Shown one piece after another: positions 17,020 through 21,765 of a DNA stretch of 21,765 nt. Origin of the DNA: Pedosphaera sp. (GTDB lineage Bacteria > Verrucomicrobiota > Verrucomicrobiia > Limisphaerales > SIBH01); contig JANOQV010000077.1 of the NCBI GenBank assembly GCA_031414955.1, positions 1-21,765 on the forward strand, given 5' to 3'. Under the pieces are notes generated by a model, which was not told the origin of the DNA, searched no databases, and was given only the letters and a program-made list of their open reading frames with translations. Numbering within the stretch: the stretch's first letter is position 1; each line of letters starts with the position of its first letter. Made by a program: the position numbers and the translations under genes.

Positions 17020-20000
17020 ATGAATGAATTCAACAACTTGCCCGGCCCGGTGAAAATTGGAGCGGGCACGCTGGGCGTGGTGACCATAGGGGGCGCAACT
17101 TGGTTCATCCCCAAGAGCCAGCTATTTATCTTTCTCGGCGTGCTGGTGGTGTTGCTGGTGCTGTTTCTCGGCGGCTGGCTGCTCTGGCGGGCGCGTAAGC
17201 GACGCCGAAATAATGCCCAGATCAGCGGCGGGCTGGTCGATGACGCCCGCGCCACGCCCAAGGGCATCAGCGATCCGGCCAAGCGGGCCAAGCTGGATGA
17301 CTTGCGGAAGAAATTCCAGCAAGGCGTTCAGGAGTATCGCTCGCGGGGCAAGGATCTCTACAAGCTCCCCTGGTATGTGATTTGTGGTCCACCCGGAGCG
17401 GGCAAGACCGAGGCCATCCGCCGGTGCAATGTCGGCTTCCCGCCCGGCATGCAGGACGGACTGCAAGGCGTGGGCGGCACCGTGAACATGAACTGGTGGT
17501 TCACCAACCAGGCCGTGATTCTCGACACGGCCGGCAAACTGATGTTCGAGGAAGTCAGCCCTGGTGAAACCAGCGAGTGGCGCGAGTTCCTGACCCTGCT
17601 CAAGAAGTCCCGCACCAACTGCCCGATCAACGGCCTGTTCCTGGCCATCTCCGTGGAGGACTTGATCAAGGATTCCTCCGAGAAAATCCTGCTCAAGGCT
17701 GGCAAGATCGCGCAGCAGCTCGATGTCATCCAGCGCGTCCTTGATGTGCGCTTCCCGGTCTATGTCATCGTGACCAAGTGCGATCTGCTCGCCGGCTTCC
17801 GCGAGTTCTTCGACGACATCACCGATCCCCAGCTCCAGCACCAGATGGTCGGCTGGTCCAATCCCGAGACTCTCGACACCGCGTTCCGGCCCGAGTTAAT
17901 CGACCAGCATCTGAAGTCCGTCAGCCAGCGCCTGCGTGGCCGGCGCATGGGACTGTTGCGCGATCCGATTCCCGAGAGCACCGAGCACCGGCGCACCGAT
18001 GAGGTCGATGCCATGTTCGCCCTGCCCAACAGCCTCACATTGATCGGGCCGCGGCTGCGGCGTTATCTCGAAACGATCTTTGTCGCCGGCGAATGGTCGG
18101 CCAAGCCGCTTTTCCTGCGCGGCATTTATTTCACCTCATCCATGCGCGAGGGATCGGCCCTTGATGAGGAATTGGCCCAAGCCATCGGCGTGCCCGTGGG
18201 CGAATTGCCGGACCGGCGTGGCTGGGAGCGGGAACGGTCCTACTTCCTGCGCGATCTGTTCATGGAGAAGGTTTTCAAGGAACGCGGCCTCGTGACGCGC
18301 GCGACCAACACGGGCCAGATGCTGCGCCGGCGCCGGGCCTTGCTTTTCGGCACGGGCTTCGCCTTCGTGGCCGTCTTCTTCCTGTTCTGTTTCTTCGGCC
18401 AGCGGAAATTCAGTGAAGCCATCGGCGAGCAGGCGGGCTTTTGGAAGGCGGCGGAGACGGCCCAACCCATCGTCCGGGGCGGCAAGGATCAATCCCGGAC
18501 CGAGGCTAAGGCGGCAGACGGTTTTCCGCTCAAGGGCAGCCCCAAGCTGGGCGAATTCCACGCCCGGCTGCGCAAGCTGGCCGGCACCAAAATCAACTAC
18601 TCGGTCTTCCAGCCCATCGCCTGGATCAGCGGCGGCGATGTCAAACCCCAGGCCATGCAGCAGGCGCAGGCCAGAGTTTTCGAGCGCGACGTGATCTGGC
18701 CTTTGGTGACGGAGGCCCGGCGCAAGCTGGGTTCAGCTTCGGAGGCGACGGACACAGGTGCTTCGGCCAGGGAATCCGCTGCCTTGGCGGCGCTCGTGCA
18801 GTTGGAAGCCCGGCTCTTGCAGAAGACCAATGCGAACCCATTGTCTCGCAAGGACGCGGAACTGTTTCTGGGCAGCCTGATGCCCTTCGTGACCGAACAG
18901 GAAAGCTGGACGGTCGAGACGAATCTGGTGGCCACGATGTCCTGGCTTTACTCCGAAGGTGCTCGGGCCAATGACTGGCCGCCGGCGCAATTCGGCGAAT
19001 CCAGCCCGGGCCAAAATCGCGTCGTCGTCGCAGGGTTTCGCCGTTTGATGGAAGGAGCCGAAAAATCCGCCCAAGCCAACCAGGCCGGAGCCGCCGAGTT
19101 TCTGCTCTTGCGCAAAGCCTTCACCAATCTCCATCTCGCCGAGACCGTGCTGGTGTCCAGGATCAACACCGCCGGATCCAGTGCGGACCTTCAGACTGCT
19201 TTGCAGCCCTACAAGCCCGTCTTTACTGAATGGGAGCGTGTGCTGACAGAGGCCCGCAAGAGCTTGCTCAAGGGTTTCGATTATTCTTCCGAGTCGGCCT
19301 ACGCCACCAACGTCGATCGCAATCGCCGGCGCGTGGCCGAGTCTTTGCAGCAAGCCGGCACGGTCCTGGAGCAAAATCAGAAGCTGGCGGGGATCAGCCC
19401 CTTCAAGGAGATGGAGCAGATCGTGGGGGATACCAAGGCGAAGTTGATCCAGCAGTTGGACAAGAATTCTGAGACCGACGTGGCCGCCCAGCGATTTTTG
19501 GATCAGCGGGCCTTGGCCAATGTTTCCACCGGTGCCGTCTATCAGGCGCGGGCGGAAGTTTACCGGATGCTCTCCGAGCTCGCCCCGGTGGCCAGCGCCA
19601 AGGTCACCACCAAGTTCGATGGTTTCGCGAAGTGGCAGGCCGGTGCGCTCAAGCTGCAACAGCAATTGTCGGCGGCGGGAGTGGGACCGGAACTTGTGGG
19701 GGCGGCCAGCAATTATCTCCAGCGGATGAGCGGTTCGCTGGCCCGCGAGATGTGGTCCGATTTCGCCGGTGATGCCAGCAGACTCGTGCTGGAGCGCCTC
19801 GAGTATCCCTTGCTGCGTTTTGACCCGGCGAGCCGGCAACCGCCCATGGAGGCCGGTCAGGTTGTCGCCAAGAAGAAGCTGTTCGCGGACATTGAGGCGG
19901 ACATGCAGACGGCGGCCTTCACCAACTTGCTGGCCTTCCAACCCGGGTTGGGGTTGACAGACTTCAACAATACCTTGCGTCAGTTGCGGGAAACCGCCTC

Positions 20001-20466
20001 GGCTTTGGTGGGCGACGACGGGGCCGCGCCGGCTTGCAAGATTACGCTTCTATTTCGCAAGCCTGGCACCGCCGACAGCCAGCGCGAAGCTTGGCGTGGC
20101 AGTGCTACTCATGTGTCTTTCAACGAAAAGCGTTCCCAAGTGGACTATCTCGACATGGTGGCGTGTCAGGTGGCGATGGACCAACCGCTCGAGTTCAAGT
20201 TCTACAGCGGCAAAGACATGACGGAGAAAGAGGCGCTGCCGAACTTGTCCCTTAGCTTGGGCAGTTGGGCTGCGATCAGGCTGTTGCATGTCGAACCGGT
20301 AAATCAGGACGATGCCGGCCCGGCGCGCAAAGTTGAACGTCGGATCACGGGTGGCGACAACCAGTCCATGCTCTTTGAATTGAATTTCGCCTCTCCGCGC
20401 CCCTTGCCCAAGCTCAACACTTGGCCCACCCGCGCTTCGGTCACAAAGGGTCTCCAGATTCAATAG
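17020..20466 (+). CDS. tssM: Type VI secretion membrane protein TssM (IcmF)
   Basis: LYKLPWYVICGPPGAGKT (Walker A), WWFTNQAVILDTAG, W.EFL.LLKK.R...PING, FPVYVIVTKCDLLAGF.EFF, LRGIYFTSS, SYFLRDLF..KVF.E.GL. Three hydrophobic segments; C-terminal GSWAAIRLL. Confidence 0.93.
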   Translation: MNEFNNLPGPVKIGAGTLGVVTIGGATWFIPKSQLFIFLGVLVVLLVLFLGGWLLWRARKRRRNNAQISGGLVDDARATPKGISDPAKRAKLDDLRKKFQQGVQEYRSRGKDLYKLPWYVICGPPGAGKTEAIRRCNVGFPPGMQDGLQGVGGTVNMNWWFTNQAVILDTAGKLMFEEVSPGETSEWREFLTLLKKSRTNCPINGLFLAISVEDLIKDSSEKILLKAGKIAQQLDVIQRVLDVRFPVYVIVTKCDLLAGFREFFDDITDPQLQHQMVGWSNPETLDTAFRPELIDQHLKSVSQRLRGRRMGLLRDPIPESTEHRRTDEVDAMFALPNSLTLIGPRLRRYLETIFVAGEWSAKPLFLRGIYFTSSMREGSALDEELAQAIGVPVGELPDRRGWERERSYFLRDLFMEKVFKERGLVTRATNTGQMLRRRRALLFGTGFAFVAVFFLFCFFGQRKFSEAIGEQAGFWKAAETAQPIVRGGKDQSRTEAKAADGFPLKGSPKLGEFHARLRKLAGTKINYSVFQPIAWISGGDVKPQAMQQAQARVFERDVIWPLVTEARRKLGSASEATDTGASARESAALAALVQLEARLLQKTNANPLSRKDAELFLGSLMPFVTEQESWTVETNLVATMSWLYSEGARANDWPPAQFGESSPGQNRVVVAGFRRLMEGAEKSAQANQAGAAEFLLLRKAFTNLHLAETVLVSRINTAGSSADLQTALQPYKPVFTEWERVLTEARKSLLKGFDYSSESAYATNVDRNRRRVAESLQQAGTVLEQNQKLAGISPFKEMEQIVGDTKAKLIQQLDKNSETDVAAQRFLDQRALANVSTGAVYQARAEVYRMLSELAPVASAKVTTKFDGFAKWQAGALKLQQQLSAAGVGPELVGAASNYLQRMSGSLAREMWSDFAGDASRLVLERLEYPLLRFDPASRQPPMEAGQVVAKKKLFADIEADMQTAAFTNLLAFQPGLGLTDFNNTLRQLRETASALVGDDGAAPACKITLLFRKPGTADSQREAWRGSATHVSFNEKRSQVDYLDMVACQVAMDQPLEFKFYSGKDMTEKEALPNLSLSLGSWAAIRLLHVEPVNQDDAGPARKVERRITGGDNQSMLFELNFASPRPLPKLNTWPTRASVTKGLQIQ

Positions 20467-20471
20467 TCGTC

Positions 20472-21527
20472 ATGGGCCTCTTTTGGAAAAGCAATCCTCC
20501 CGTGTCTGGCGCTTCCGAGGCTCCGTCGTCGGCGGCCGTATTGCCGTTGCTCGTGGCCGCGTTTGGCAAGCACCCGGGCTGGGATGATCATATTGATGAC
20601 ATCGGCCTCACCACGGCGGCGCTGGTTGAGATTAAGCAGATTTTCTACCTCCACGGGATTGGCCGGCAGATTGATCTGGGCGCATGGGACGCGCTTGATG
20701 AAACGCAGCGCCTGCCCGAGTTCAAACATTTCTTCCTCTGGCGTCGCCCGACGCACTGGATGATCGGGCGTATCTGGTCTTCCAGCGATGGCAAAGGACG
20801 CACGCGCTATCCGATGGTGGTGTGCTGTCAATACGGCGGGCCGGATGGCATCGAAGCCACGCGCCGGCTGTTCCTCCCGCTGGTTGAATTGGAGCGTGAT
20901 TGCAAGTCCGCCCGGACGGCGGAGGAAGTGCGCGCCGTCCTGGGCCGCGCCTCTGAATCGTTGCGCGCCGCCGTGGAGAGCCGTGCTCCATTGCCAGCGG
21001 CTGCGGAGGATGAACGACTGCTCCGGGAGATGCCCGGCGGGGCTGGTGAGGAAGCCTTGCTGCGAGTCATTTATCAGGTGCAGACCCAGATGAGCGTCTA
21101 TGCCCGAGGAGGCACGGTACGCCTGGCCGGCAACGAAAGCCCGCGCCCGCAACAGGTCCGCGTGCCCGCCGCGCCGGAATTGCTGCTCGACTCAGTCCTG
21201 TTCTGGATGCGGTTCTTCCTGAACTATTCGGCCCGGTCGGTTCCCGTCCTGCTGGCCGCACCCGCAGGCGAGCCGTGGCTTGATGTGACTCTCGGGCAAC
21301 CGGGCGAGCACGAATTCTTTTGTCTGCGCGCTTCCCCGAAATCGCTGCCGCCCGCCAGTGAAATTCCGTACACGCTGGATGATCCCTTTCGCGTCGAGGC
21401 CCGAGCCCTCCTCGAGGCCTTCAAGAAACAGGATCCCTCTGATTTCGTGGCGGGCGAATCTTCCCGATCCGGCGTTGACCCCGGCACCCAGAGTTTTCTC
21501 AAATCCAAATTGTTTGGCCGGAGCTGA
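20472..21527 (+). CDS. tagF: T6SS-associated TagF-like (ImpM/DUF2094) protein
   Basis: FGKHPGWDDHI resembles the TagF GK.P..GDF motif; GRIWSSSDGKGRTRYPM resembles G....S.D.VGR.FP. Starts 5 bp after tssM; 351 aa. Confidence 0.72.
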   Translation: MGLFWKSNPPVSGASEAPSSAAVLPLLVAAFGKHPGWDDHIDDIGLTTAALVEIKQIFYLHGIGRQIDLGAWDALDETQRLPEFKHFFLWRRPTHWMIGRIWSSSDGKGRTRYPMVVCCQYGGPDGIEATRRLFLPLVELERDCKSARTAEEVRAVLGRASESLRAAVESRAPLPAAAEDERLLREMPGGAGEEALLRVIYQVQTQMSVYARGGTVRLAGNESPRPQQVRVPAAPELLLDSVLFWMRFFLNYSARSVPVLLAAPAGEPWLDVTLGQPGEHEFFCLRASPKSLPPASEIPYTLDDPFRVEARALLEAFKKQDPSDFVAGESSRSGVDPGTQSFLKSKLFGRS

Positions 21528-21765
21528 TCCATTGGGCCGGGCGGGCAGTAATGCGCGGCCCGCGATGCTGTAGCTGTCATAACTATGTCAGTGACTGACC
21601 AGGTTCAGGTTTGCACCGGGCTTTCCGGGTGCATCCGTACACCGTTCTTAATTAGGCGGGTTGCCAGAGTTGATCCCAATGGTGGTTGCGGCGGGCTTCG
21701 TCGAGGGCGAGCAGAGCGCGCAAGCCGGGCCGCGTCCAAAATTGTCCGGCCCGCTTGAAGCGGCA

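Noticed and set aside
18733..19941. 402-aa antisense ORF inside tssM
   Set aside because: Shadow frame.
21534..21758. Hairpins after tagF and a 57-aa ORF (21585-21758)
   Set aside because: Hairpins lack a U-tract; the ORF has no RBS or recognisable motif.

Overview
GC-rich bacterial DNA, most likely Verrucomicrobiota (PVC). This is inferred from the DUF1549/DUF1553 + DUF1501 pair, a GGAGTGCG-type repeat and an 'FFRL'-ending secreted protein. The left part (1-7120) is ordinary: a minus-strand run of Uma2 nuclease, a membrane hypothetical and DUF58, then a divergent planctomycete cytochrome c (PSD1) gene and DUF1501. The right part (7121-21765) is all plus strand and looks accessory. It starts with a two-gene surface module: a ~10-stranded outer-membrane beta-barrel and a ~1570-aa secreted beta-propeller/Ig-repeat protein with a putative C-terminal sorting domain. 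After a ~600-bp spacer comes a compact type VI secretion (T6SS) module: hypothetical-tssK-tssL-tssM-tagF, with no tssJ and no tube, sheath or spike genes in the window. The leading hypothetical appears to be an Fha/TagH C-terminal-domain homolog lacking the FHA domain. A similar palindromic motif sits upstream of both plus-strand operons. All family calls come from visual motif recognition; no searches were run.
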